Below, piece by piece: positions 14,501 through 29,200 of a stretch of 64,000 nucleotides of DNA (the stretch's first letter is position 1; each line of letters starts with the position of its first letter). Origin of the DNA: Phoronis australis (lineage: Eukaryota; Animalia; Phoronida); assembly GCA_002633005.1 (NCBI GenBank), contig NMRA01000012.1, forward strand, positions 1,542,357 to 1,606,356. The letters are read 5' to 3'. The position numbers and the translations under genes were made by a program. Under the pieces are notes generated by a model. That model saw nothing but the letters and a program-made list of their open reading frames with translations, was not told the origin of the DNA and did not search any database.

Positions 14501-17500
14501 TCAAATGATGCCAGTAAGATTTAACGAAATTGTACACGAAATTTCTGACGTAAGATTTAAGTCACATTCATGAAACAGACTCTTCGTAAATTTAGCTTTA
14601 GTTATAAACCTTGTGACACAACCAACCAAAAACCTTCGCTCTTTCCAGACACATGCGCCATCTAGTAGTGGGTGTTCTAAAGACTCTGTAGAATCCGTTC
14701 TGAAAGTGGAAGAAATCTCCCAGGCTTAAAATCAAAACGTTTTCAGTCATGAAATTTTCTTGGTCTTGTTTGAGTGTCCCGTGTGTCTGATTTTATGTCA
14801 TAGTTTCTACTTTTATTTTAATTTCCCTCGCTATTTCTGGGCTTCGTATGGCATAGCTATAATTTTTCAATTCCCGCTGTCTTACACGGTTGTCATGGTT
14901 GAACGATATGATTTAAAGCTGCAACAAACCATGCTCTGAACTCGGAACTCAACTTGAAAATTGGGTAAATTGCACGGTACGTTTTTGAGTACTTTGTACC
15001 GAACTCGAATCATGCGCGCAAGATTGGTTCAGCGTGCTCTGTGGTGTCCGAAGCCTTTGTAACAATGAACATTTCTATGCTGTTTCTGCTCATATGCCAC
15101 CTTTGAAAAACCAGTGCTCGAAATGTTTGGTTTTTATTGTAATTCTATGTAATCATTCGTAATGTTGTATTTTACACCCTTTTCCAGTTTTATCGTTGGT
15201 AACGGCTTTTTAGCATTATTTGATGGGAATAAATAGGTTGGTTTATCTCCACCATGTAACAGTGGCGTGATCACGTTTTTATAACCAATCAGACGTTAAT
15301 ACGTTCTTAAAATTAGAAGATTCTGAAAGGTAACCGACACACAAAATAAGCCACTCAATAAAAGCCTTGCATTTGCCGAGCTACCCCTACCGTTTCGGCG
15401 GCTCCCCAATATTTTAGTCTGTCTATTTCCGGACGCGTTTAGCTCTTTTTGTTTTCATTTTCAACATGATGGCGAGCAATTCTGTTAATAAAATCCTATG
15501 CTTTGTCGTGTTGCAAAATGGAGACCGTGCTCTGATTTCTACTGCGGTTCCTCACAGACGGGTGACGTCTTGGGTTGAAAAGTGCAACTATCTTCGTTCT
15601 TTCCCAAAACATTCACATATTTTTGTAATACTCTATTAAAACGTGCTTCGTCAAAAAATGACATATCGGTATTGATTTATTACTTCACGATTCCGTGGTA
15701 TAAAGGTAGAAGGTTACGATTGCGTGAATCAACTCATTTTTGGTGAATCGATACACTTAATTTGTGTTTTAGACAATATATGTATGTTGACAGGTATAAC
15801 TTCTCGTTAAAAGCTACAACAAGTCTTCGCCCATTTCAGGTTCTTGTTTTGTTAAAATGTTTCATAGACATGGTTCACTTAAGTAAACACGAATGAATGA
15901 ACGTTTTGAAAAGGTGTTGTCACGGTGCGCTACGATAATGATAAATGTTTTTTATGAACACCTTATGACCTGTCCTAGAACTGGGGGGCTTTTGTGGCCA
16001 GACAGAAATGTTGTGTTACGCTTTCCACTAACCGTTTGGCTGTCCAGCTATTCCAGTAGTGAGCAACATGTAGCAACGACTGTTGAAACACCGCCTTCAG
16101 TCATTGTTATCATCACACCGCATCCAGTGCTGTAGTAGGGCGTAGGCGCACGTACGCGCAGCCATGGCATTTGAACGTAGCGCCTACGCAACGCAAGTTA
16201 CGTCCAGTGCTCAAGGTGCCTACTTACCTATAATTTTACCATCACAGCACAGGCGGCATCTAATAGTTTTGGTAAAAATGTACGGTTGAATATAAACATC
16301 GAAAACCGTTCGTTAATTTAAAGTTAGTTTCGGGCACATGTGGTAGTCTTCAAGGGAGACTGTTTCCAAAACTGCTAGTGTCGATCAAACTTTGCTATGT
16401 TTTCTAACGAATAAATTCAATACAATTTTTCAACTGTTATAACTAGTCGGTGTATCGCCGCACTTGTGCAATTAAAATGCATGTGAATTTCACGCATGGT
16501 ATGACCAGAACTTGCATAGCATATAAATCAACATCTATTAAGTCGAGTATCATAAATGCTGGTGATTAAAACCGCAGACAAATTTCTCTGAAAACGTATT
16601 AATTTTGTTTGTGAAATATTTGAAGATTGCCGTGAGCAAGTGTGAAACCATGACACATGCATTAACATTGATTAGAAATACTCGTACGCGATAAGTATAC
16701 TGAAATATTAACATAAAAACATAGTGGTAACAATAAAATTTAGATGACAGTTCAACGCTTCCTTGATTGACAGTGTTTAGATAAGTGTCATAGAAATCCG
16801 TTTTCAATCTTTGTATTAAAAAAATCCCGAGAAATCGAGAGTGGAGATGGGACCGTCAGCAGCGGAGTTTTACGCAGTCTGACCGATCTTTATATACACC
16901 CAGTTGGCGTACACAAGGAAAACCTTCCGCGGATACGCCCAAGGCGTACATTTCAATGGGAAAACTCGCGTGATTGAATTTCAAAACTTTCCCCGGTTTC
17001 ATAGGAAGCGGACACCAAAACCTTTACTAAAGTAAATTTTCAACAATGAACTTCCACTTAAAGGGGACATTCATACATCAGCAGTGCTGCGTATAGACAC
17101 TCTTGGTTTCAACTTGTGCGCCGACAACAGTACAAATACATGCGAGCGAAAATTCGTCACTTTGACTTTTGATCCCAAAATGACATTTTCAGAAAGTTTG
17201 CCCGGTCCTCTGTACGGTAATGTCCGGTATGCCTTTATCGTCAGTTACCGATTCATGACTCCTTTTTTGCAGAAAATGCTAATCTTATAGTCTATGATTT
17301 GAATTTCCGAGAGTTAAGTATGTAACGCGAGATAATCAAAATGATCAGTTGTAAGCATTTTACTTGAATGATGTCAGAATTCTGTGAGCGTGCATGAACC
17401 TAAGGACCATATGTATTATAATATTTTAACACTGTTCTTTGTCCCTCGACGAGCGTTTGCTACACTAGTACATACACCGTAAAATCTCATCAATTAGGAC

Positions 17501-20016
17501 ACAATATATGGCCGACAAGTGAAGTTCTATATTAACTCATTTTCCATGAAAGCTGTGTAGCACCAAATTAATGGTTTTCCATGTTCATCGTCTGTACCAT
17601 AACCTGACAATGTCTTAAGAAACTGTGTCCGTCCACCACAATGTTAGAAACCTTTGAAAAGTAAAAAGGACTATTCATTGGTGAGAGTTGACCACACTCC
17701 GTCTAAGCTCGTTCATCTCCGAACCGCAACCAAGCGCTTGATATTGAAAGTGAGCATCGCCAGGAATAAAAATAATATTTCAACAAAGCTTGCCAGCAAG
17801 CAGTAGTAATTCTCAATAGAGGTATTCTATCTGGAGTGAGTTATCAAAATAACAAAACAACAGTTCAGTAGCAGAACGTTGGCCTCTCAAGCAGTGACCT
17901 GGAACAGGATTCGTAATTTACCTGTTGTGCTGTACTTGTAAAAAATCCTGGCACAAGTTAAGTGATTAAGAGATGTTAGGTATGCAATTGATTCACCGTG
18001 TCACGTATCTTATTTCGACATAGACTTTTATCTCCAGCAGGAGCTTTGGTATAATTTAAGATGCACGGCATATTTAATAAACGCACGGTGTATGCAATAA
18101 ATGCAGAGTGTACGCAATCAACGCACAATGCACCTTAATCGTTTAGCGAGTATGCTCGAGACAAGTTATACAGGCGTAACCTACAAAATGATGGCCACTA
18201 AAGTGATTGGTTGGTGAAGTTGGATTGTTGACGAATTATGGAATGAAATTTACTGTTTCCGTTCCATGATCGAAGATTCCTCGCCGCATGTACATGGCTG
18301 TTTCTATATATTTACGTCACTAGGCCTAGAAATGTGCCGCAGACAGTGTGTCCTTTGTTACCGTGATATGACTTATTACAGAACTACCCAAGTCTGTCAC
18401 ATTGGGTTCACAAACACATCACAGGAAATTACTATTAAAGCAAGCCAAATGCGAATGGTCACTAGTGACTGCTATCAAACATTTATTTACTATTTCCTAA
18501 CATTTTTAATGAGGTATACGAACTGCATTACAATATACCTTCAAATCTTAATAAGATAATTCATGTACGGATATCTAAAACGCTGAGACTCAAACACGTC
18601 CTTATAAAAGAGATAAGAATAACTTTGCTTTGAACATGGATTTATAAAAACAAAACAGTTTAGTTGCTTTTTTTGCTAAATAATACATTAATGTCTGATC
18701 ACTGATAGATGCTCTGACTAGTTCAAAGTTCACTCATTTGAAGCAACATTAAATATTTTGGGAACCTGGCACTTCAAATTAAATATCAATTTCCTAAATT
18801 TGGTCGTGTTTTGCGAACACTGTTCAATTTCCTTAAACATTTAAAGTAACGATGTCCACAAAACACACGTTCATCCCAAGCATGCCAACAGGGAATTTTC
18901 TAAAACTAGAATCGATGCCACTGAAACATTTAAAAGAATATCTAATAACGTCTTAGCCACTCTGCAGAATGATAGTTTCAAAAAGTTTTCCGATCATTCA
19001 TAAAAAACAAATATGAAATAAGTAGAAGTAGTGTTAAGTCAACAAAATGAGGTGGGATCGTCGCTGTACAGAAATTTAGAACTTGTGTTATACGCCAAGA
19101 TAAAAATCCTCACCAGCTTGTCTTTAAAATGCTCCCCGGATATTCATAAAATACTCAAAGTTGAAAACACAGATAAAGAAGGCATGTCTATGTCGAAACG
19201 TCAATACATTACTATTACCTGTATTACATGTTTCAAAATTTTCCAAAATTTGACTTTTAACCGTCGGTTCTCTTTGAATACTTTTGGCATCCATTGTATA
19301 CTTTGCATGACCATGGAACCTAAAGCCCTCACGTTGCTCACGTTCACTTTATTCTAGAACAGGTGCTTCTGAGTTAATAAATGAATTCTAATAAAATCTC
19401 TTTTCATTCCTGTAGTTAATCACCAACAGCGAATAATTATTACAATTGTGATCGTGTAGTTTGAAGTTTTATTTAGTTGAGTAAAATTCAAAGGTGCGGA
19501 GGCCGGAATGTACCTACAGTCGGTGAAAGAGGCGGAAACGCTTTCAGTTTTTAATTATATTGTGAGCATAAAAACATGCGACAACAACTAGATCACTGCC
19601 GGTTCTACGAAGGGCAGTCGCGTAGGAAGATAAATATTAAGTTCGAGCGTGTCTAGCTAGTCAAACATTAACCTTCTTTAGTTCGTTGAATCAGAATATG
19701 ACCGTGACTTGGTGACGTGGTCTGTTGACAGGTCCACGATATCAGTCGTTTAGAAGTTTACTGTTTTCATGAGGACAAACGTCACAAAGCCTAATGTGTA
19801 ACAGAAGTATTGGTAACATGTATTACACACGAGCTACAGAAAATCATATTCATGCTGCAGACGACGAAAAGTACTTTTGAGGAGAACAGTGAATTAAGTG
19901 ACTGGAACAATTGTTCTCGTTATTACGGTCACTCAACACTGGACTTTTATTCATTGTGTTTGGTTAGCTTGTAGTTTGGCCGATACGTATTACGGTCTAG
20001 AGACAATCATATTTCG

Positions 20017-20285
20017 CATGCGCGCACCCAGTCTAAAAATGGGGGGCTCGAATTTTTGATAATGCAGATCATATACTAAGATTCACGGGGTACTTTCAGT
20101 GCTATGAATTGTGTATTCGCTGAATATTGGTAGTTCCTGCCATTTTAGTGGACTTTTGTCTCGTGTTCTAATTTTTTTCGGAGATTTTTTGATTTTCTGT
20201 GGCGGACCTTTTTGCCCACTTCGCCAAATGGGGGGCTCATTCGAGTCCCCCCCGAACCCCCTCCCTCCTCTTGGATGCGCGCATG
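20017..20285. mobile_element. GC-rich MITE, copy 1
   Basis: TIRs CATGCGCGCACCCA / TGGATGCGCGCATG; TTTCG direct repeat on both flanks. Confidence 0.7.
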
Positions 20286-20955
20286 TTTCGTCATGAAGAA
20301 AGTTTGAACGACTACCACGTTACACGGAAATAAAAGTTACTGATAACGAGTAATGACAAAACTTTACTGCTGTTGTTTTACAAGTTTCGTACCACAAAAT
20401 TGGTTGTTGACAGTATTGTTAGCGTAGATCATTCAGTTGTTGACTGACGACCTAGGCCTACCTTAATCTTGCGTTTCCTGTCTTGGTTAGCGTGACCAGG
20501 AAAAATGAACCAGTCTGGAGACCCCGAATGTCTAGAATTTGAGAGGAAATTTCCGAGGGAATATAACTGCTTGAAAGCTTACTGTTGAAAGATACACACT
20601 ATTGAGGAAGAGTCAAGTATGAGGATGTCAATGCGAACCTGACACTGTTATTTGCACACAGGTGGTCAAAAAAGTATTTGTGCTAGCCGCACATGGCGCG
20701 CCAATTGCCACCAGCACAATTTTTGCGTGAGCGTGCCGGGCTGTGGCACAGCCAAGCTTACCACTGTACATGGTGCTTCGATGGACGCAGCTCACCATCT
20801 GCTTCATGTGATCAACACATGACATGTTTATAAATTACAAAAATCGCCATATTGAGACTATGCGAAAGCGCATGTCTTGAGAGACAAGAGCAATCGAACG
20901 CGCGCGTGCTGGGCTGCGTTCCTTCGACCCAAGGCATTAGACTTACTTAAAGGAG

Positions 20956-21164
20956 AATGCGCGCACCCGGGCGGACTAAACAAACAAAAAAAAAAAAAAA
21001 ACGGGAGCACCACTGTGAATTGCGCGTTCGCGCTTATTTACTGGACTTTTGTCCCATTTCCTCGGCCATTTTGTCTCTCAGGGGGGACCTTTTTGCCAAC
21101 TTCGCCAAATGGGGGGGGGGCTCCTTCGAGCCCCACGAGCCCCCCACCCCGGGGTGCGCGCATG
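20956..21164. mobile_element. GC-rich MITE, copy 2 (same family)
   Basis: TIRs ATGCGCGCACCC / GGGTGCGCGCAT; shares TGGACTTTTGTC and GGACCTTTTTGCC.ACTTCGCCAAATGGGGGG with copy 1. Confidence 0.7.
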
Positions 21165-21340
21165 TTGAGGCGATAAATCTTCGCATATAGAACGGAAAAA
21201 CCGAATTATGTTTCATAATTCCTGAATTCTGTCTCGTAAATCAACTTTCCAAGTTCCCACCGACAAAACACTTCAAAGGCTGCCACTTTGGCTAAGATGC
21301 GCGAATAAGGACTCGACTTACACCGCTCGCAAAACACTCG

Positions 21341-21430
21341 TGTGACCTTTTATGGTCTTGTGTGACCTTTTATGGTCTTGTGTGACCTTTTATGGTCTTG
21401 TGTGACCTTTTGTAGTCTTGTGTGGCCTTT
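21341..21430. repeat. 20-bp minisatellite (TGTGACCTTTTATGGTCTTG), about 4.5 copies
   Basis: Three perfect units followed by degenerate ones. Confidence 0.9.
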
Positions 21431-23220
21431 CGTCTTGGTGAGATTCTTCGGAGAGCAACTCGGGGGGTCGGTAGCCGCTCGAATCAAAAACTACCTAACG
21501 CAGCGATGGAACTCAGTCGCAGCGGGATCCCGGCGGGAGATGTCGCTGTAAAACCACTATATAGGCCCAGCACACGATACGACAACTACTGCGCACCGAT
21601 AACGTGCGACCGATGCCACGCCGTGTGTGTCATGTTGACGTAAATGCGATTACGATGTTGATTTCAAACTTGTGAATAATTGCAAAAAGCAACGATTTGC
21701 ATAATCTCTCAATAAGTGGCAACTTATAATTTAGGTTAATATTAACGCCGGGGTATAATTTGAGTGCGACATTTTTTCCAGGCACAGGCGTATCTGGACT
21801 TGGCTCCACCGCTATATAGTAACAACTTTTAGCCTAGACATTCACCCGTCGCAAATATCGAACAATTTCTAATGTATCGGGTACGTGAAATATATGTGTT
21901 GTGGAAACTGCCGCGTAGTTTTAAAATAAACAACGAATTTTCCAATTGCCGCTCCGCAGTAGGGGAAAATCCTGTGGCCAACATTCTTAAAGCTATCAAT
22001 GAAACTGTAACCGAAACTGTCATTCTTCTTTGGCCTGTATCCATGGTTATTGTTGGGCTAAGTAATCTTGGAACGTCTATCAGGATATCATTAACTCAAC
22101 GTGATTTCGTGTCCACAAACACTCCTATTCGAGTTAACCCTCGACAATACTTATCGCAGACCGTAATTCTAAGCTTGAACAGAGTCTTGCAATTCTCAAA
22201 GAACTAGAATTCAAAAGAACCTTCGCTGTAATTTGGGCCTAAGGGGAGGTCGCGTTATAAGCGTCTTTGATCCAACTCCACAGGGGCCGGTTTATCTTAC
22301 CTGCAGACGAGTTCCCACAGATGAGAGATTCCAAGCATGCAACGCTAATGTCAGTTAGAAAGCTATGCTAAATTATAGATTACACCTGCGAATCGAGAAA
22401 CACGGTGAGTTTTTACTATCAGTTAGAGTTATTGATGATATATCTATAATTCAGTATACATGACAATGGAAAAATAACAAGTGGAATTGATTCCCAGAAA
22501 TTGATGATTACAAAGTGTGAGGTGCACTGTAACGAGACTCGAAGCAGTGTCGGGAAAGTCGAGTAAATCTGATATATCTCGAGCGGCAGCTTCTTGCTGC
22601 GTCCTTTTCGAGTAACCGTTGACACTGTCGACCAAAGTGTGCACACTTCAAAATTATTAAAATGCAGTATTGAGAATTAAAATAATTATTTTTTGAAATG
22701 GGCAGGCATGAACATCAAATCGTTGGCATGCCGGGCCACAAGGGTTAGAATAGCATCGTTACCGGCCTCCAATGCGCTGTCAGCTTCGTAAATTAAAAAA
22801 TGAAGTCAAGTTTCTGACTAAAATGTTCCTCTTTGGAAAGTCACATTAGTTGAATAGCCTGCTAGGTGTCGTTGCTTTCTTATTTAAAAGAGTTGTGCAT
22901 AATACTCAAAACACCGTTTGTTTATTATTTTGTTATTATTCTGTTCACAGCGAATTATTCTAAGTATCTTATAAGCAATAGAAGACAAAGACAAGTGCAC
23001 AGTTTGTAGGATAACGCTAGTATCAGTGCTGCGCACTTACTATGAACTGACGCCAGTGCAGTACACGGCGCTCGTGTGAGCTAAATGTGTTGCCGTTACT
23101 GAGCGGGCATCAATGTCGAGGTACGAGTTAAAAAGCGATAGCGAAGAGGGGACCAATCGGTGCCCTTGCTTTGAAACCCAGTCCCATCGTTGCATAGTTA
23201 ATCAATCTCATTTTATGACT

Positions 23221-23274
23221 AAACATGAGGCATAATAGGTCGAAGCCAAACATGAGGCATAATAGGTCGAAGCC
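23221..23274. repeat. Perfect 27-bp tandem duplication
   Basis: AAACATGAGGCATAATAGGTCGAAGCC twice. Confidence 0.95.
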
Positions 23275-26200
23275 GTCTGGTCTCTAAGGTACTTGTCTAG
23301 CTAGGGTACGAATTTATCTTAACTGGTTGCTCTTCAATAGGAATCAAGAGAATGGTTGTTTTAACAACAAAATTTTGCTTACGTTGTTCGCAAGTCATGC
23401 ATCGTGAAATTAACTCTGAGTCGTTCAGTTCTTTTTAATCTTTCATCCCGTTAAAAGTAAATCTGAAAACAAAACGTTTGTTGTCATGGATACATTTTCA
23501 AGTTTAAGGGCACGACATCTTTACATACTTACTCCTCACGTATTAGGGTTCCGAAGCGCAATTTTTGCTTTAGGGTCTTTTGACAAAGAACATATTCTAC
23601 TGCAAAGAACTTTTGACTTTGCATAAGTAATATGTGAAACGTATGGAGTTTTAGTGAAGTTTTGGTTCTCAGCAACTAATACCACAGACTTCCATAAGAA
23701 GTTCATGCACGTGCGTACCAGGCCATCGACTTGTCCATTCCAGAAGCCGAATATTACAATGCCTCAGCACCACAACAAGGTGCGAAGATCTTATTGAATA
23801 AGAAAGGTCTCCGACCGCATGACATCAGCCGAGTGGCTATTTATCTCCATGAAGAGAGTTCTTCAGAGAGTTAACAACCATTTAACATAGGTACGCTATA
23901 CATCATTCAGCTGACTGGTAGTGCAGGGTACAGCTGCGACAATAGAACGAGTCATGATATTGATGGCTGCTCACCCATCCGTAACTATGGGAGCTCTCAT
24001 GAAATGAATTCCAGCAAGGGGTCACACTGCCTACCTTATTCGTAAGCTATTCAGTCATGTGTGAACGGCGACCTAGCATAGTCCGGCAGTCTTTCTTAAC
24101 TTACAATAAAGATCTCAGACAATAATCCTTTGTGAACGACTTCGAATAAAATTGGAACTAATATACACGTTAGTCCATTGATCCCGTGTCAACTCTGATG
24201 GTTCGTTGACTGCGGGCATCTTTTGTTCGCGGCCATGTGAGCTAACGACTGACGACGAGTTCTTCTGAAGTCGTCGATGTTTGCTTGACAAAAGCTGTGG
24301 GTACTCTTTCAAAATCTAGTCCCCCGAAACCAGTGACCCAGTGAAATGAAGTTTTCAAATAACTTTGACAGACGGCTTTACTGAATAATCAAGTATTGGT
24401 TTAATATTTTAAGTCGCCTGTAGTATCAGGTATTTACTCGAGTGTCTTGAAAACATTTCTTCATGCACAGAAACAACATTTTGGCTTTGATGTTAGTTAA
24501 CAACACAACGTCTCTATCCGTTATTTCTAGTGTCGAAGAAACAGTCTCCAATGACGTCAAATGTACTTTTAGTATTTGAAAATTCTTAAAATGGCGAAAA
24601 ATAAAACATTTGGATACAAAGCCAATCGATTAATTGTCCTAAAGAAATGTAACATAACCTGCCCAGAGGTCGAATTTCGAAGAAATAATTTTTGTGCCTG
24701 CGTGAACTCAAATGCCCGGCTGTGCTGCGACTAAACTCGTAGATGAATCAATGGAAACAGATACACAATTCATACCTTCGAGACTGTTAAGACGCCAGAT
24801 ACTTTGGAATACACGGCTGTCAATGGCTGCTGTACAGGGGTCATGAGGCTTCCCTTCACACTGAAACAATGCAGAAATACAAAAATATAATGGATATGAC
24901 ACCGTGTTGTTTATTGTATTGTCATAGTATCCAGCTAAGACTTATATGACTAACGCTGATGAGCAACGTCAAAACTGTAACAACTATCATTAAATATTTC
25001 TCAAAATTCCTGTTTTGTTTTGCAATTTATTTCACGTTAAAGTAATGTAATCATATATTACAGGAAACTAATAACACAAGCGGGATTCATTCGTTTATCG
25101 TTGCGATCATTCATTTATCTGTCATTCTCTTACCAGCATTTTCGAAGACAATTACGGTACTTCAATCGCAGACAACAACATGTACATCTGCCATATCAAA
25201 ACCCTTATTCTTTCCCTCATAGCGCACTCATACATGCACATAAATAAATCCTCATTCGTATGTGTTCGCCAAAAATATTTACAGAATAGCTGCAGGTTCG
25301 GGTGCCTGCAGATTCTTTTGCAGTGCCATACAATCTGGTTTTGAAACTAAATCAATGACTATGAAAACTTGAATCGTAATTTTTCGGAGTTGTGTTTGCA
25401 TTTTACCGTGAGTAGACCATCAGAAGCGAATACTCGTATTTCATATCTTGACTGAAAGAAAACAGCTGCTTCAAGTCTAATTTTAAATCCATCAATAGAT
25501 GACAAACGTTTGATTCAAGGCTTCAAGACATCAGTCAATAAATCAAAATTGTAAATTCCACCCAAGAGAACTCGAGTTGAAAGCAGCTGTCTGCTTTAGT
25601 CGTATGATCGCTACACGGACGCAACAAGTTGTTAAACTGAAGCTTGTCAGAATATTTGCAGAACATCACCGACTCTGTGACAAGTGTAAATAACTAATTT
25701 GGAATATGATTCCAAGAATAAACCCTTCATTAAACGTGTGATACGTAGTAGGGTTCGCGATGGAGTTTTCTTAGTCACGACGCGGTTGTGTTTGATCAAG
25801 GATTGCCAACGATGGCTGTATTGGAATATAGGTCATCCATCCGTGTTCTGATGTTATCACTGAGAAGAGGACGAGCGTGATAAAAAGGTGTTCTGTAAAC
25901 ATGCTCAGTTCCACGGAATCCTCAGGTGCGTTCACTAGGGCTCGTGAGTGTTTGAACAATTTTTTGAACTAAGATTGTCTCCTTAGAGATCACCTTACGA
26001 AATTTGAGAGTGTGGAATCATGAGATTAAAGCTTTTTGCTGTCAACATTGAGTGCCGAATCGAACTTTACCTTTCGCCAGCACTTTTGAGCTAAAATGAC
26101 TTAGCGGTCACGACGGCTTGTTTCTTTCGCTTTGTTTGAAAACCCATCTTTTGAGGTCATGCATTGAACTTGTGGATGCGTGTTTGAACCACTGACTCGG

Positions 26201-29200
26201 TTGTTGATAGTTCCAACTGGTGAGTAAATAGGGCGCAGTGAACAACAGGTTTTAACAATAGCTTCGACTCTTTTATGACGTAGCATATACACCTTGGAAT
26301 TTCTCACTGAGGTCACCGGTGTAGCATTGTTGTCAGTCTCATACTTTGAGGGTAGTGGATGAGATGGGTTTTGGCGCAGTTGCTGTCTGAGACTGTCCGG
26401 GTGACGACTTTACGCAGGTAATGTCTATTAGTGTGCTTCATATGGTTACCTTCCATGTATACGTGTTGTGTATGTTATGTAACGGGAATGGCGATACTAT
26501 TGGGTTTTGTTTTTAATACAAGCATCCGCCGCAGAACGCTCGACTAAACAGTGGTTAAAAATGGGAAGCTTCTCTCCATTAACTTTAATCGACGTTCAGG
26601 TTTTAATTTATCACTGAGTTGTGTAATGTAAGGAATTTTGTCTTTGTAACCAAGGCGCCTTGCTTGATGTATGAGTTGTTCCTACGGAAGCCGGCTATTG
26701 CCGTGAAAAGTGAAACAAATCCCTAGCAGTAGTCATAAATGCAAACATCAGTTTTATTCTTCTTGTTTTGGTGTGCTGGAGGCTTTTTTGGAATTAAGAG
26801 TTTCCATGAAATATTTCTTTTCATCAACAGTTTCAGTTTTGTTCACCTTTGCGACCATAGTCTACGGCGATAACGACCACAGTTCCAGAAACAAGTCAGT
26901 ACGTGTAGAGCCCAAATCTATGTGTATACGTTGTGTATGTGATTCATGGCATTTTGGTGTCTTTCATGAAAAGTGAAACTATAGTCATAAATTCGTAGCG
27001 AAACTGTGTTCTGGGCAAGTACTAGGTGGAGGTAAAATGATTATTAATGATTTTTAGAACTGTGGTCAGACACGGTATCGTCAAGCTGCGTCAAACTTTA
27101 TTCAGGATGGATTTTAGGATTAAGACCTGAATAGCGTATGAACTTTCATTCATTTATTGTCACTTCGCAGCGAGTGGTTAATAAGCAGTCAGGCAATTTA
27201 ATTGTTCATACAGCGCTGTGTATTTAAACTCCGTCTTGGCATGGTTCTTTGACTGCGGGCTAACTGATTAGATCCCCAAATCGTTTTAGAACACCACAAG
27301 GGAACTTGGCGGCTTAGTTTAGTTGAGCAAACACCAGACTAGGACGGTTTAGGGCATGTCTTTAGAATTCTCGTTCTTTTGAAATGCATTCTTTGGGAAA
27401 TCCGATGCTATACTTCTCGCTAGCCATTATCTCTGACAATTGACTATTTTTCTTCTATTTTGCACTTATCTACCACAGTGAAAAAACCTATTCATTGTGT
27501 TCTCGTCGCTCCGTCATTGTAATCCAGTATTTTGATAGCGTGGCCACACCACCTTATGTTAACAAACCCCGTTTTCTAAGATGTCCTTTATTCTAGAACT
27601 GAGATGTCGAACAAAAGGTTCTCCATAGCACATGACTGGGTTTGTATGAGATTCGTGAAAACAAGTTTTCCAAAAACGATCCACCCTGATGTTTTCCACA
27701 TCATGTACGCGTTAAATATTCAATTATCATGGAAAACATCTCTTCGGTCGACTGCCTTACTGAAACTGCCAACTTCAAACAGGTTTTTTCAAGCGCCTTC
27801 ATTGAATATATTAAGTTTCTCTCCTTCTTTCAGTTTACATGGCATCACTGTTTACCCAGTGTTTTCGGGTGTCTCTTATCTGTCGAAATGTTCAGTTATC
27901 GTTAAGGAGTGGAAGCAAAGTTCCACAACGACTCAGAAAGAGTATACTTTGAACTTGGCGAGGGTTTCAGCTATTTGTGATAAGAAAGGGCTGGGAAATA
28001 CGTCACTTCTCTATTTTCTACACGGCGTAACTATTTTAGTTTAGTATACATGTTGTTTCGAGAATGTAATTTTTTTAGTCTTCTGAGACGTGGGAAACAT
28101 ATTTAATAACTTTTTCTTCAGGCATTGTATTTAAAAACAAGAATTCATTTGTTTGCTACTTCCAAAAACATGTTTTAGCCAGATAAGTAAACTACTCACA
28201 CGTGTCGTTTATAAACCAGTTTCTGAAATTTAAATGATAAGGTATTTCAGGAAGACAAGCTAATCACGTGATTCTCATCGTGAAATGCCAAGAATAAGGT
28301 TTTCCAAATTAACCACAAAGATAAAATGTTCTAAGTTTAATCCATCTGCTACTTGCACATTTTTGCAAAAATGAATTTTGAACTAATAACCAACAGCCAT
28401 TAACGACCTGAAACGAAATTAATTAACGGCGTTGACAACTATGGGCATACGTTTAACCAGGTTGCATTACCTTCTGTGAAAAAATAGCTTCAAAATGACG
28501 CGTTAGGTTTAAACTGTTCGCCGCACCTCTAAGCAAAGTACGCATGTTTCGCGAAGATGAACATTGTCTGAGCTGAAGCAACAGTTGGCTGCTTGGTGAT
28601 AGACTTGTGTGTAAGCCGACAGCTGTTTCAATATCGATAGGAATATGATGATATCGTTCTGTGAAACAAGTATTCCATCAATCATCTCAGTAGGGCTTTT
28701 ATTGACTTTTTGACAGCACGTGTTCTCTCGCTAATGGTCGCGTCACCATGGAACCCAACCCGCTTCACAAACCATGTATGGAGGACCATCTCATACCAAA
28801 ATATCTCCTATATGATTAGTTCAAAATGGGTGCGAGTTTGTGTGCCTTTATGGCGATTAAGGTGACTACAGTGAGTCATTGTTTCCAGAATTAAAAAAAT
28901 AAGACAGCGGTTATCGTGTACTGAATATGAAAAGTCTCCTGTTATGCACATTTCAAACCCAAAGTGAAAATATTTAGTTATATAATTTCAAACGTTGTAT
29001 AGCATTTCATAACAGTTTATAAACAGTACACTATTGTTATCTGTCTCACCTTCATGCAATGACTATAAATGCGGGATTCAAAGAAACGGTTCCAATTATT
29101 TGCCCATCAAACCTAACTCTAACTTTAAATTCATCTCCGGTGTATAGGTGTATGCAAAGTTGTATTCTATTCTTATCAAAAGCAAGCAGTGTATGGCGAA

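Noticed and set aside
16126-17050. GCGTA/TACGC-rich patches suggesting an old hAT element
   Set aside because: Ends too degenerate to define TIRs or a TSD.
27604-28044. 146-aa ORF, and a NAYMMWK piggyBac-like peptide on the opposite strand
   Set aside because: No domain similarity; the peptide is preceded by a stop and has no supporting motifs.
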